Shown here one piece after another: positions 25,039-35,515 of a stretch of DNA of 64,000 bases. The stretch is from Octopus bimaculoides (lineage: Eukaryota), in the NCBI RefSeq assembly GCF_001194135.2, contig NC_069000.1:47706463-47770462 (forward strand), given 5' to 3'. The notes beneath the pieces are model-generated. The model was given only the letters and a program-made list of their open reading frames with translations. It was not told the DNA's origin and searched no databases. Both the position numbers and the translations under genes were made by a program. Positions within the stretch are counted from its first letter, which is position 1; every line of letters begins with the position of its first letter.

Positions 25039-25186
25039 CAACATCTCTTCCTCCAAGACTTGTTGCTTTAATAATTTTCACAAACAGCCGTTTGTCTCCA
25101 ATTCCTCTTGGGGGTTTTGGAGGAGGAGCAGTTAGAGCTGGAACCTTTTTAAATGGTAATGTGGATTGTTGTGCCAAAGATGTACG
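25039..25186 (-). CDS. C2CD2L: Visible exon 5 (linker and start of C2): RTSLAQQSTLPFKKVPALTAPPPKPPRGIGDKRLFVKIIKATSLGGRDV
   Basis: Acceptor attatttttcag, donor TTG|gtaagt, 148 nt, phase 0-1. Confidence 0.9.
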
Positions 25187-25769
25187 CTGAAAAATAATAA
25201 TAATATATAAACACACAAATATATACACACATACAGATTGACTATAACATCTCCTGGTCTGTATTATGGACTGTTTTTCTGGATGGTGCGAGTGAAAAGA
25301 TCTGCTATTTGTGCCTGGAAGAGATAATGTGAATTTTATCTAAGAAGAAATCGATCAATAAAATCACTAAAATCTAGTTATGAGATGTCACCATAAATTC
25401 TGGAAAACTTTCAAAAGATATAATCCAGCAAATTTTGTATTGAATTCTTAATATTTTGATATTCTGTTCCAAATTATAAGGTATACCCTTGGAAATTTTT
25501 GCATGACATGGAGATTACCACCTGAAGACTTTTTTGGAAGCTTGTAAGAGAAAATACCCAAAGTGAAACAGATTTCAACCTTTAAGGATCATGTGTTCCA
25601 TTGAGCATTTAGCTACATATTTTTCATGCAGAAGACACTCCAAGGAAATTTCCCAATATTATTGACTTTCTTTTGGATCATCAACTGTGATAAATTGAAA
25701 TCATTAATTAATATTATAGAGAAACTAATGATAATACCAAAGCCAGCAAATTGTTTTTTAGGAAGGGAA

Positions 25770-26359
25770 GAATTAGTTGCTTCCATTGGCTCTGGTGCTC
25801 AACCAGATCTTATTTTATTGATTTCAAATGGATGAAAGGCAAAGGAAACCCTGGGCGAGATTGAAGCTGAGAGTTGGAAGAAATGCCACTCAGCATTCTG
25901 CCCAACACTGCTAATGATTCTACCACTTTAATGATGATGATAATCACAATGGTTTCAAATTTTGGCACAAGGCCACCAGTTATGTCCCCCCCCCACACAC
26001 AAGGATGAAAGGTAAAGCCTCAGCAGAATTTGAACACAGAACATAAATATGGATGAAATGCTGATAAGCATTTTGCTTGGCATTCTAATGATTCTGCTAG
26101 CTTGCCTAAATGATGATGATGATGATAATAATAATAATAATAATGATGATAATGATGATTTCAAGTTTTGGCACAAGGCTAGCAAGTCAATTACTCCAGT
26201 ACTCAACTGGTACTTATCTCATCCACCCTGAAAGAATGAAAAGCAAAGTTGATCCTAATGGAATTTGAACTCAGAACATGATGATGGATAAAATACCATT
26301 AAGCATTTTGCCTGGTGTGCTAACAATTCTGCCAGCTCACCACCTTCATAATGATGATG

Positions 26360-26390
<31 letters not shown>

Positions 26391-26665
26391 CAATTTTTTT
26401 TTACCTCAGCACAAAGTCAGTAATTGTTGGCCCTGGAGGAACAAAGAAAGTAAAACTGATCTTGGTGCAATTTGAACTTAGAACATAAAGAGTGAAAACA
26501 AACACTATAGATATTTTTCCAAAGCAGTCAAAATGATTTTGTTCATCCACCACAGATTTAATGGGGTGGGAAAGTTTGTATTATTAACCCTGGAAGGTAA
26601 AACAAAGCTCAGCAGAACTTGAACCCAGAATGTAAAGACCTGAACCAATGATTGCATGGCTAACA
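25770..26665 (-). mobile_element. Head-to-tail cluster of 4 tRNA-derived SINE copies separated by (AAT/GAT)n
   Basis: Copies at ~25770-25925, 25950-26105, 26158-26345 and 26405-26665, all in the same orientation. Confidence 0.8.
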
Positions 26666-27137
26666 CTGTTAACAGTCCAGTGGAAATGGCTTATCTACAA
26701 ATGAAACCTGTTGACATAGAAAATAAGTGACATTAATATATTTTTGTTTACAGTAATTGAATGTATTAATGATGGACATGGTTGAATAGTTTTGAGAAAA
26801 CAGTAAAAGACAAGCAAAGCTGTTGTTAACGAATTGTCCAATGAAGGGTGACAAGCACTGTTTCTGTGACTAGTGTTGAGGGCAGCAACTATTGGAGCTA
26901 TCAAGGTGATCTCAGTCTATTAAATGACTAATTAAGCATAATGACATTAGATATTAATTAACATTGAATGCAATTTGGAAGACTCAAATCTTTTATAATT
27001 TTTAACATAACAGAAATTTTCAGCAATATATGGAGGGAGTGTGTACAAAACAATAGGGTGGAGTTAAATGTTTAAATACAGAGGTGAAAAGAAGATGAGA
27101 TGAATGGGTGAAGGAAATGGAGATTGAGTGAAAAGAA

Positions 27138-27330
27138 ATGGTGGTGTTAATAATGGTGAGCATTATAAGGGCAGTGGTGGTGATTGTGATGATGGTGGTG
27201 GTAGTGATGATGATGATGGTGATGGCAATGGTGGTGGTGGTGATTGTGATGATGGTGGTGGTAGTGGTGGTGGNNNNNNNNNNTGTGATGATGGTGGTGG
27301 TAGTGGTGGTGGTGGTGGTGGTGGTGGTGT
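27138..27330. repeat. Compound (GGT/GAT)n trinucleotide repeat with a small gap
   Basis: Direct inspection. Confidence 0.9.
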
Positions 27331-27877
27331 TGTGGGCCTTGTTGATAGGATTGTTAAGATAATACTTGACAAGATTTGATCTGATTTTGTTTGGAAATAA
27401 CTACATGGCAGTGGAGTCGTAATTTTTTAAAAACTGGAGCCGTGTCTCAAACACACACACACTCTCACCACATACCTTTCACGTTTCTATTGTCTCCCAT
27501 TGTTAAAGTAAACACCAACAGTGTTAATATTTCACAACAATAATCACAAAATTCCATTACTATTTTACCAAAGAAGTGTTGGATATCAGAACCGAACAGG
27601 CGATTGTTTCGACGAATTTTCTGATGAATTCAAGTAAAATCTGAGCAAGTTTTTCTTTCTTAGTTGGGAAAATATTTGGATGCAGTATTGAGGAACTTGC
27701 CTATCATTGTGGAGGTGGGCATGTAAATGTGTATACATGTGTGTGAGTGTGTGTTTGAGATCTCATAGATATCTGTTTGGACAGGGAATTTCTCCCCTAA
27801 CATCAAAAGTCACTTTCTGAAAGAGACTTAGAATCTGGAGTAAAAAAGTAAAAGATGGGTTACAGAAGGTACAAAAG

Positions 27878-28341
27878 ATGGGCTATAGCAAATATTCTGC
27901 TCAATACCACAGATTTGCTTGTCAGTTGTTTGACCTTAACCAGTTGAGCATGTCCCTTAGTGGCTGACGATATGTGCATCTCTGATCACAAGCAGAAGTA
28001 GTGGGGGAGCATCATAGCCATGTGTTGAGAGGAATTCTTTGGGGTTTGAATAATTCACTTTTGGAAACATGGGTGTTTTGTTCAACATCCTTAAAAAAAC
28101 CTTATTCAAGGACCTTTTAAGTGGGATGGGCTACTCAACTTGAAGAAAATTCTAACTGGGCCCCACCTGCGAGGTCATGTGCTGTTTATCTTGATATGAG
28201 ATCACTATGTCACGCACGTATGGTTGTGATGCATGTGCCTGGTGTACCCTTATCAGACGGGTAGTCACGATTGCTATACTGGGCGTCATATATTTTATCC
28301 CAGTGTCATTTTGATTGCATGCACTGCTCTCTCACTCACTC

Positions 28342-28379
<38 letters not shown>

Positions 28380-28380
28380 G
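27878..28380 (+). mobile_element. ~460-bp interspersed element ending in an (AAT)n tail; family not assigned
   Basis: GC-richer block with sharp edges terminating in ctcactcactc(aat)n; no ORF. Confidence 0.45.
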
Positions 28381-28384
28381 TAAA

Positions 28385-29265
28385 AATGTATGTTGAGGAT
28401 GTTACATGTAAATAATCTCATTCTTCAAGTTAAAATTTGAGCAGAAAAAATAAGGCAAAATCTCTCATGGTGGAAAAGAAGACCTGGGAATCAAGTTGAA
28501 CAGTTCAACAGATCTTGGAAGGTTAAATATAGTAATTAAAAAGAAGTCAGGGAAGGAAAATCATAAAGATGAGCTTAAAAGAAGGTTACAGGTAGCTAAA
28601 GAAGAGGTACGACAAAAATTTAAGGCAAGGTTAAAGCACAAAAACAAAAGAAAAAGAGACCAGATACGAACAGGAGAAAAGCAATATTGGCTGAAGAGGG
28701 TCTTCCAAAACAATGAAAGGAAATTTTACCAACAGCTGAACAATAAGGATGAAGATGAGAGGGGAATGTTTTCTGAAACACTGAAGCAGTAAAGAAGTTT
28801 TGGTTAGATATTTGGAAGAAAGAAGTTCAACGAAACCAAATATTAGACCAATTATGGAAATGAAAAAGGGAAATGCAAAATAAGACAAGAGAATGTAAAT
28901 ATTACAGAAGGTAAAAGAGATGATGGAGAAAATGTAAAAGCCCTGGATCAAATGGTGTTCAGGGATTCTGGCTCCAATATCTCTCAAGTCCACACAGCTA
29001 TAAACAACTGTTTCTTACTGACTGTATAGAAAATAAAAGACCAATATGAATGATAAAAAGAAGGACAATACTGATAAAGAAGGCCAAAGAAAAGAGAGGA
29101 GAAGTTAGCAATTATAGATCTATTGTAAGCTTACCATTACTCATGGAATTATTAACTGGCCTCTTAGCAGATAAAACATTCCGGAGCAGGAGAATCTACT
29201 GCCAGAAAAGAGGGATGCAGAAAGAAGTGAAAGGGAACTACTAATCTCTTGTATCTTGACAGTGT
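28385..29265 (+). mobile_element. R4/Dong-like LINE internal fragment (pre-RT and start of RT)
   Basis: DLGRL...EEVRQKFKARLK...VFQNNERKFYQQL; KAPGSNGVQGFWL; RTILIKKAKEKRGEVSNYRSIVSLPLLMELLTGLLA. Confidence 0.8.
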
Positions 29266-29541
29266 AAGACTGATTTCAAAGATTTGGCACAAGAGTCAGC
29301 AATGTTCATGGGAGGGGCTAAATTGATTGAATTGACCCCAGTATTCAACTGGTATTTATATTATCAATGGTGAAAGGAGGAAAGGCAAAAATGAGCTTGG
29401 CAGATTTTGACTCATGCTAGAGGCTCTGCCTGCTTGCATCTTTTTGATTGACAGTGTGATATTGAGAGAAGAAAAGAAGCTTGTTATTGGAGGGTAGACT
29501 ACAAAGAGCATATGGTACTGCATCACACTATCATTTCTGCT

Positions 29542-29580
<39 letters not shown>

Positions 29581-29697
29581 CACGCACATGCACACACACG
29601 CACATGCACACACACACACGCAAGATCTCAGTATTTTTTTTCTGTTCTTGAAGTGAAATAATCATTTTATATACTAAAATAGAATTTAAAAATACTT

Positions 29698-30431
29698 NNN
29701 NNNNNNNNNNNNNNNNNNNNNNNNNNNNNNNNNNNNNNNNNNNNNNNNNNNNNNNNNNNNNNNNNNNNNNNNNNNNNNNNNNNNNNNNNNNNNNNNNNNN
29801 NNNNNNNNNNNNNNNNNNNNNNNNNNNNNNNNNNNNNNNNNNNNNNNNNNNNNNNNNNNNNNNNNNNNNNNNNNNNNNNNNNNNNNNNNNNNNNNNNNNN
29901 NNNNNNNNNNNNNNNNNNNNNNNNNNNNNNNNNNNNNNNNNNNNNNNNNNNNNNNNNNNNNNNNNNNNNNNNNNNNNNNNNNNNNNNNNNNNNNNNNNNN
30001 NNNNNNNNNNNNNNNNNNNNNNNNNNNNNNNNNNNNNNNNNNNNNNNNNNNNNNNNNNNNNNNNNNNNNNNNNNNNNNNNNNNNNNNNNNNNNNNNNNNN
30101 NNNNNNNNNNNNNNNNNNNNNNNNNNNNNNNNNNNNNNNNNNNNNNNNNNNNNNNNNNNNNNNNNNNNNNNNNNNNNNNNNNNNNNNNNNNNNNNNNNNN
30201 NNNNNNNNNNNNNNNNNNNNNNNNNNNNNNNNNNNNNNNNNNNNNNNNNNNNNNNNNNNNNNNNNNNNNNNNNNNNNNNNNNNNNNNNNNNNNNNNNNNN
30301 NNNNNNNNNNNNNNNNNNNNNNNNNNNNNNNNNNNNNNNNNNNNNNNNNNNNNNNNNNNNNNNNNNNNNNNNNNNNNNNNNNNNNNNNNNNNNNNNNNNN
30401 NNNNNNNNNNNNNNNNNNNNNNNNNNNNNNN
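29698..30431. other. Assembly gap inside the gene (other gaps: 1024-1574, 42119-42217, 48208-48949, 61677-62365, plus 10-N gaps)
   Basis: N runs; the long X-filled ORFs in the track are artefacts of these gaps. Confidence 0.99.
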
Positions 30432-30709
30432 GAAAAAAGAAAGGGTGGGGAAACTAATTTTAAAAGTAAAACACATGTAACGTTAGACAGCATCCACATT
30501 ATCTAGGTTAGGGGTTGGCAATCTAGGTTAGGGGTTAGGGGTTGGCAGTCTAAAGAAAAAAAAAAAAGCCATGATAGAAAATGGTAGTTGTGTGTTTGAG
30601 GAGGCAAAACGGAAGGCAGGGTGGAGGGAATTTCAAGTTTGCTCTTCTAAAGAAAGGGATTGAGTTGGACAAGCAACAGCCGTGCAGAGATCTTTTACTG
30701 TTTACTCAC

Positions 30710-30952
30710 CCTGTATATCTCAGCTATTTTATGACTGAGAGCAACTTGATCGGTTATATTATGACTTACAACAGGCATCTCTTCATCAAACTCAGGAAAC
30801 GTGACCAGAGGCTTGTAGTCGAGGTCATGGCTTGAGTCAAAACTGGATGACAATCCCAGGTAGTCAGACATGTTGATGGTCACTGAGGACATACACAGTG
30901 CGTTGCGGACAACTTCTTCTACTACACCAAGGTCAACTACTTCTTCAGACTC
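30710..30952 (-). CDS. C2CD2L: Visible exon 4 (end of SMP and linker): ESEEVVDLGVVEEVVRNALCMSSVTINMSDYLG...KIAEIYR; alternative in-frame donor at 30770
   Basis: Acceptor aatgttcctag; donors AGG|gtgagt (30710) and GTT|gtaagt (30770); both phase 0. Confidence 0.85.
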
Positions 30953-31089
30953 CTAGGAACATTTAGAAACAATAAAATATGTCTTTAAGATCTGTAAACT
31001 TTAGAAGAAATGAGAAAAAAAGTTAGAATATTTATGATAATGACAACATATATACATACATACATACATACATACATACATTTGCATAT

Positions 31090-31320
31090 ATAGAGGGTGC
31101 AATGGGTAAATTATTGTCATTTTATATTTTTAGTTTTGTGCATTGTTTGTAGGGTCAGTTGGGCATTGTCTGTGAGAAAAATAACACCATGATGCAACTT
31201 ACTCAGCCAGAAATTTGGAAATGGCATGCTGTACTGCTTGGCACTTGTGCTGGAAGCTCCAATATGAACTTCCTGAACTCTAGCAATAATATAATTCTTA
31301 GCCATATACAATTTTAAACC
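31090..31320 (-). mobile_element. Mariner-derived remnant/MITE
   Basis: HHGVIFLTDNAQ resembles mariner GVIF.HDNARPH; end sequence gagggtgcaatgggtaaat. Confidence 0.45.
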
Positions 31321-31980
31321 ACTCTACCTAGTCAAATAAAACCCGTATGAGTTAGCTCCCTTTTCACTCCAAATTAGAGCCCCCCCCCACTTCACTTACA
31401 CTGCCGGTGACTAAAACTCACTGCGGAATAAAACCAACTTAATACACACGTGCGATAAAATGTGCTTAGTCAAACTCGAAACCCCACACCAAAATAATAT
31501 TCACCCTGCTCTAATTGCCCAACGAAACTAACCATCTACTACAATAAAACTTATATATACATGGTTATATAGCAGTGTGTTTGAGTAGTTTACTTCTGAA
31601 GCATTTTGCTTTTGCTTCAGTCCCATTAATAGCAACACTAGACAAGGACAACAACCAGAAGAACATTAACTAAAGCAGCTGTATTCTCTAATTGTACGAT
31701 GTTTGATTTGAAGTTTTTTTTATAAAACTGTTTCTAAAGATGGAATTGTGCCACAAAAAGATGTTTGACCAACAGAACAACAAATCAAACACAGAACTGA
31801 CCACAACAAATCTCAGAGATTTGGGGAAAATAAAAGAAAAACGTAAAAAAAAAATCAACACCAAACCAATAATTCAACAAAGACCATAATTATTCTTTAT
31901 CTGTTTTAATGAACATTTTCTCTCTTCTTTTTTTTTTTGCCAATCTCAACTAAAAACAAGGAAGTAGAAAATTTACATAC

Positions 31981-32084
31981 CTGATATGGGTTAATTGGTT
32001 TCACCTTGACTTTGGCTAAAGGCTGACCATCAAAACTAGTTGTAAGAATTATATGGCCTTGGGTATATTTGAAATAGAGTTTCA

Positions 32085-32085
<1 letters not shown>
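31981..32085 (-). CDS. C2CD2L: Visible exon 3 (SMP): VKLYFKYTQGHIILTTSFDGQPLAKVKVKPINPYQ
   Basis: Acceptor (tta)n-ttcag, donor CAG|gtatgt, 105 nt, phase 0-0. Confidence 0.85.
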
Positions 32086-32141
<56 letters not shown>

Positions 32142-32189
32142 CAACAACAACAACAACAATAATAATAACAACAACAATGGTGGCCTTAC
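32086..32189 (-). repeat. 104-nt intron composed mostly of a compound (TTA)n/(TTG)n microsatellite
   Basis: gtaaggccacca-(ttg/tta)~29-ttcag lies between two in-phase SMP exons. Confidence 0.9.
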
Positions 32190-32309
32190 TTTAGCTTGGT
32201 ATCTTGCCACGTCACATAAACAATTGGTTAGTTTCATTCCAGTGTGTGTTTTTTGGGAGGCAAACATAGAGAATGACAAGTTGTGAGCATCAGAGAAATA
32301 ATTGATGAG
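32190..32309 (-). CDS. C2CD2L: Visible exon 2 (SMP): LINYFSDAHNLSFSMFASQKTHTGMKLTNCLCDVARYQAK
   Basis: Acceptor cttcttttccag, donor AAA|gtaagg, 120 nt, phase 0-0. Confidence 0.85.
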
Positions 32310-32824
32310 CTGGAAAAGAAGTAGAAATGAATTATTTTAAATTATTAGTCTCATTATTAAGGCAGTTAGCTGGCAGACTCATTAGCATGCCAAGTGAAAT
32401 GCTTGGTAGTATTTTGTCCACCATTACATTCTGAGTTCAACTTTCCCTTTCAATAAAATAAGTAAAGGTCAAGTACTAAGGTCAGTGTAATCAACTGTGC
32501 TGCTCCCCTTAAAAACAATGTAACCTTCATATAATTAATGTATTCTCAGTCTGATGATTAGTTAAGTTGAATACCTCTCATTGAGTAATTATTACATCAG
32601 AGGATCTGTTAGCTTGGAAACATATGTAGCCTGAATTTTACCTGCTCCACTCCCTCAATTTGGATTTTTATTCACATTCATAGCAACTCTAGTTGTTAGC
32701 AGTGAACTATATAGAAACTTTCAGCTAATTGAATTTCCTTGCAACTTTGATATGGGAAAATGTGTGTAACCTTTGATGCCAATAATTTGTTATTGTTGCT
32801 GACTGTATACTGTCCACTTTTTGT

Positions 32825-33545
32825 CTTCTATACCTAAGCATCTTGAAAGAAAAGTTGGGCATAAGAGGCATCAAATGTGGTGTGCAAGAGAAATGACTGT
32901 GCTGATATGGTCATGTGATGTGTATGGACGAGGACAGCTGTGTGAAGAAGTGGAGGGAACCTGTGGAAGAGGTAAACCCAGGAAGATATGGGATGAGGTG
33001 GTGAAGCATGATCTTTGACCAGTGGGCCTCACAGAAGCAATGTCTAGTGACCAAGACCTTTGGTGATATGCTGTGCTTAATAAAAAATGTAAAATCAAGT
33101 GAAATTGTAGTCATGGCCAATGCTGGTATTGTGACACAGAAAAAGCACCTTTCAAGTGTTGGGCCTCACCGAGGCAATGTGGCTGATGCCAGTGTTGCGT
33201 AACTGGTACCTGTGCTGGTAGTATATACAAGGTAACTTTAGAGTGTGTTGGGCCTCACGGAAGCAATGACAAATGACTGAGACCTTTGGCAATATGCTGT
33301 GCTTGAGAAGGAGACCAATTTAACCAAGTGAAAACAGCCATGGCAGATACTGGTGTCATGCAACTGGCACCTGTGCTGGTAGCACATAAAAGCACCCGTT
33401 ACACTTTTGGAGTGGTTGGTGTTAGAAAGAGCATCTAGTTGTTGAAACCATGCTAAATCAGACTGGAGTCTGGTGCAGCCCCTCAGCTTACCAACCCCAG
33501 TCAAACCATCCAACCCATGCCAGCACAGACAATGGACGTTAAATG
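32825..33545 (+). mobile_element. RTE LINE 3' end with internally repeated 3' modules
   Basis: DEDSCV..VEGTCGRGKPRKIWDEVVKHDL..GLTEAM; ttgggcctcac module repeated three times; similar 3' ends at ~37265-37470 and 44700-44850. Confidence 0.75.
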
Positions 33546-33779
33546 ATGATGATAATGCCACAAACTGCTTGAAACTTACAAACTTCCTACACTTGGATCC
33601 CTGGATCTTATCAATATATATCTTTATATATACACACACACATACAGTTGTAACAGACATTCAGCACAAGTATGGGATACTGCCAACTGTAAAGAATGAC
33701 AAACACATCTAAATAGAAGTAATGATGGAAACTATTTTAATTTCTGGAAAACACCATTATTGACTCCTATCATTAATCT

Positions 33780-35042
33780 AGCATTGTCGGTTCCGATAGC
33801 CAGTAAATTTTTTATATCTATTTTTTTTTCACTAATTCAATTTTTAAGACATCTACAATGCCATCTGCATCACATGTTTCTAACGATACCATACTGAGAT
33901 ATGTATGTACCACTTTTTTGTGAGTGTCACTATAATATATGATAACAATTCCTAACAACTTGTTTATCGATATATCATTGGATTCATCTAATAACAGGTT
34001 AAATTTTCTATCTCTTACATCAGAAATCAAATCTCCATCAAAATATGGAGCTACAACATTTCTCACACAACCACTTAGTAAATACTGGCATCTTAAGCCA
34101 TTATTTTCAGAATTTTTGCTGGTACAACCTTGTCTTTTCTTTGCTCATTATAATGTAGTTGGAAGCAAGAAAATAAATTAAATGATTAATAAAAAAATAA
34201 AATTGAAAACACAACTTATCAGTTTGCTGCTAACAATTCCTTCATTCGTTGTCAACAGTTCTTATGCATGAAGAATACTGATTCAGGATGCAGGGTGGCC
34301 AACTTATAAATGGAAAAGTAAAATCTGCAGAAATCCTTAAACTGTGTTCTGATATAAACCTGGGAACATTATATTTTGCTTCTAATTTTACATTTAATAT
34401 CTATTGGTAAAATCATAAATATTACTACAATACTTGGAAAAAAAAATGTAAGTAGAAGCATAAAGGGGGACCCCCCACTGTACTTCTATCCAAGACATAT
34501 AATCCAAAACAAGCATTAAAAAAACGATGGTCTATTTTAAAACAGTCAAACTGAAAGTAAATCAGTCAAGCTGTCATGACAAAAACTCTTCACGACAGAA
34601 TAAAGCATTGTTAGGACGGATTTCCAGGCTTTCATTCTTTGCAACAGATTTACATTATGGTGTCATGAGTTCAAGTGCTGACAGGAGTTATGTTCTCCCC
34701 CTCCCCACTCTGTATCTAAGTCGGGGGGGGGGGGGCTGGAAAAGTTCATAACTTGATAAACTTTCATTTGAAGTTTCAAGAAAGTGAAAGAAAAATTCAA
34801 CAATAGCCTTTGATACTACTAAAATTTGGTTAATGAAAGTAGAAAAGGGGGAAAAGGAACAAAAAAAGGGCAAATATTGCAGAAATGTCATGATCAGAGA
34901 AGAATGCTAAAAAAATGTTAAAATTTTAAACCTGTTATTTTCCCTGCTAAATGCTAGATTCAAAAATTTTCTGCTAAATGCTGAAAAAAAAAAAAAACCA
35001 AATGCTAGATCTAGCATAAAATATGCTAAATTGGCAACCATG
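33780..35042 (-). mobile_element. Deleted hAT-superfamily DNA transposon (ZNF862/SCAND3-like transposase remnant)
   Basis: MSKEKTRLYQQKF*K*WLKMPVFTKWL; NVVAPYFDGDLISDVRDRKFNLLLDESNDISINKLLGIVIIYYS...SLETCDADGIVDVLK (contains the first catalytic Asp); putative terminus catggttgccaa at 35042-35031 with subterminal tgctaaa repeats. Confidence 0.7.
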
Positions 35043-35319
35043 CTCTCAAGTGATACCTATTAGTAGTGAGAGCTTGTTTGTTTTGCTCTCCATGATTTTT
35101 TACTGTCATGCAAAAATTACTTGGTAACCTCCTAAGTGCTGGTGGCACAAAAAAAGGCACCCAGCAAAGTGTGTAAAGTGGTTGGCATTAGGAAGGGCAT
35201 CCGGATAAAGAAAATGTATCACAGCTGACCTCAGAGCCTAAGGTGGCTGTGTGGCTTGCTGGATCTTGTCAAACTGTCCTACCCATGCCAGCATGGACAT
35301 TAAGTGATGATGATGATGA

Positions 35320-35324
<5 letters not shown>

Positions 35325-35401
<77 letters not shown>
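35325..35401. repeat. (CA)n microsatellite 12 nt downstream of the visible exon 1 donor
   Basis: Direct inspection. Confidence 0.95.
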
Positions 35402-35406
<5 letters not shown>

Positions 35407-35413
35407 TACTTAC

Positions 35414-35515
35414 AAAGTAATCTTCTGTTTTGGTTCCTGATTCATATTTGATGTCAGAAATCTTGGGTGGTGGACTGCCTGGCTCTAATTTTTCTATCTT
35501 TATCTGGACAGGACC
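35414..35515 (-). CDS. C2CD2L: C2CD2L-family visible exon 1 (SMP domain): GPVQIKIEKLEPGSPPPKISDIKYESGTKTEDYF
   Basis: Acceptor ttttctaattgaag, donor TTT|gtaagt, 102 nt, phase 0-0. Confidence 0.85.

Larger units (their letters stand above)
4937..35515 (-). other. C2CD2L: Span of C2CD2/C2CD2L (TMEM24)-family gene, 14 visible coding exons, 5'-incomplete (TM anchor/start exon not located)
   Basis: Manual exon joining gives a continuous 1950-nt frame with GT-AG junctions and matching phases. Domain order is SMP-like, C2 (RLFVKIIKA, DPFCVIIMDSP, PFWDEHFL, FLGDATI..RQIIPLQ..GSLTVEF), ESVAETAIRELLERSKRPRTPTKTSTLII (recalled human TMEM24: DPVAETAIRQL..KKTPTKRSTLII), then a polybasic C-terminus. Probably a single invertebrate co-ortholog of C2CD2 and C2CD2L. 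Confidence 0.9.

Noticed and set aside
24749-25190. His/Gln- or Pro-rich ORFs near exon 5 and other homopolymeric ORFs (poly-N, -L, -Y, -I, -V, CVCV, HTHT)
   Set aside because: Translations of di- and trinucleotide microsatellites.
26695-26915. Minus-strand ORF TEITLIAPIVAALNTSH.. as an extra linker exon
   Set aside because: No credible donor, and exons 30710 and 25186 already join in phase.
30500-30550. Telomere-like TTAGGG(G) units
   Set aside because: Only a 20-bp duplication with three or four imperfect units; not an interstitial telomere array.
33580-33606. 27-nt phase 0-0 candidate exon IQGSKCRKF with donor gtaagt
   Set aside because: The acceptor lacks a pyrimidine tract, and the flanking SMP exons join sensibly without it.
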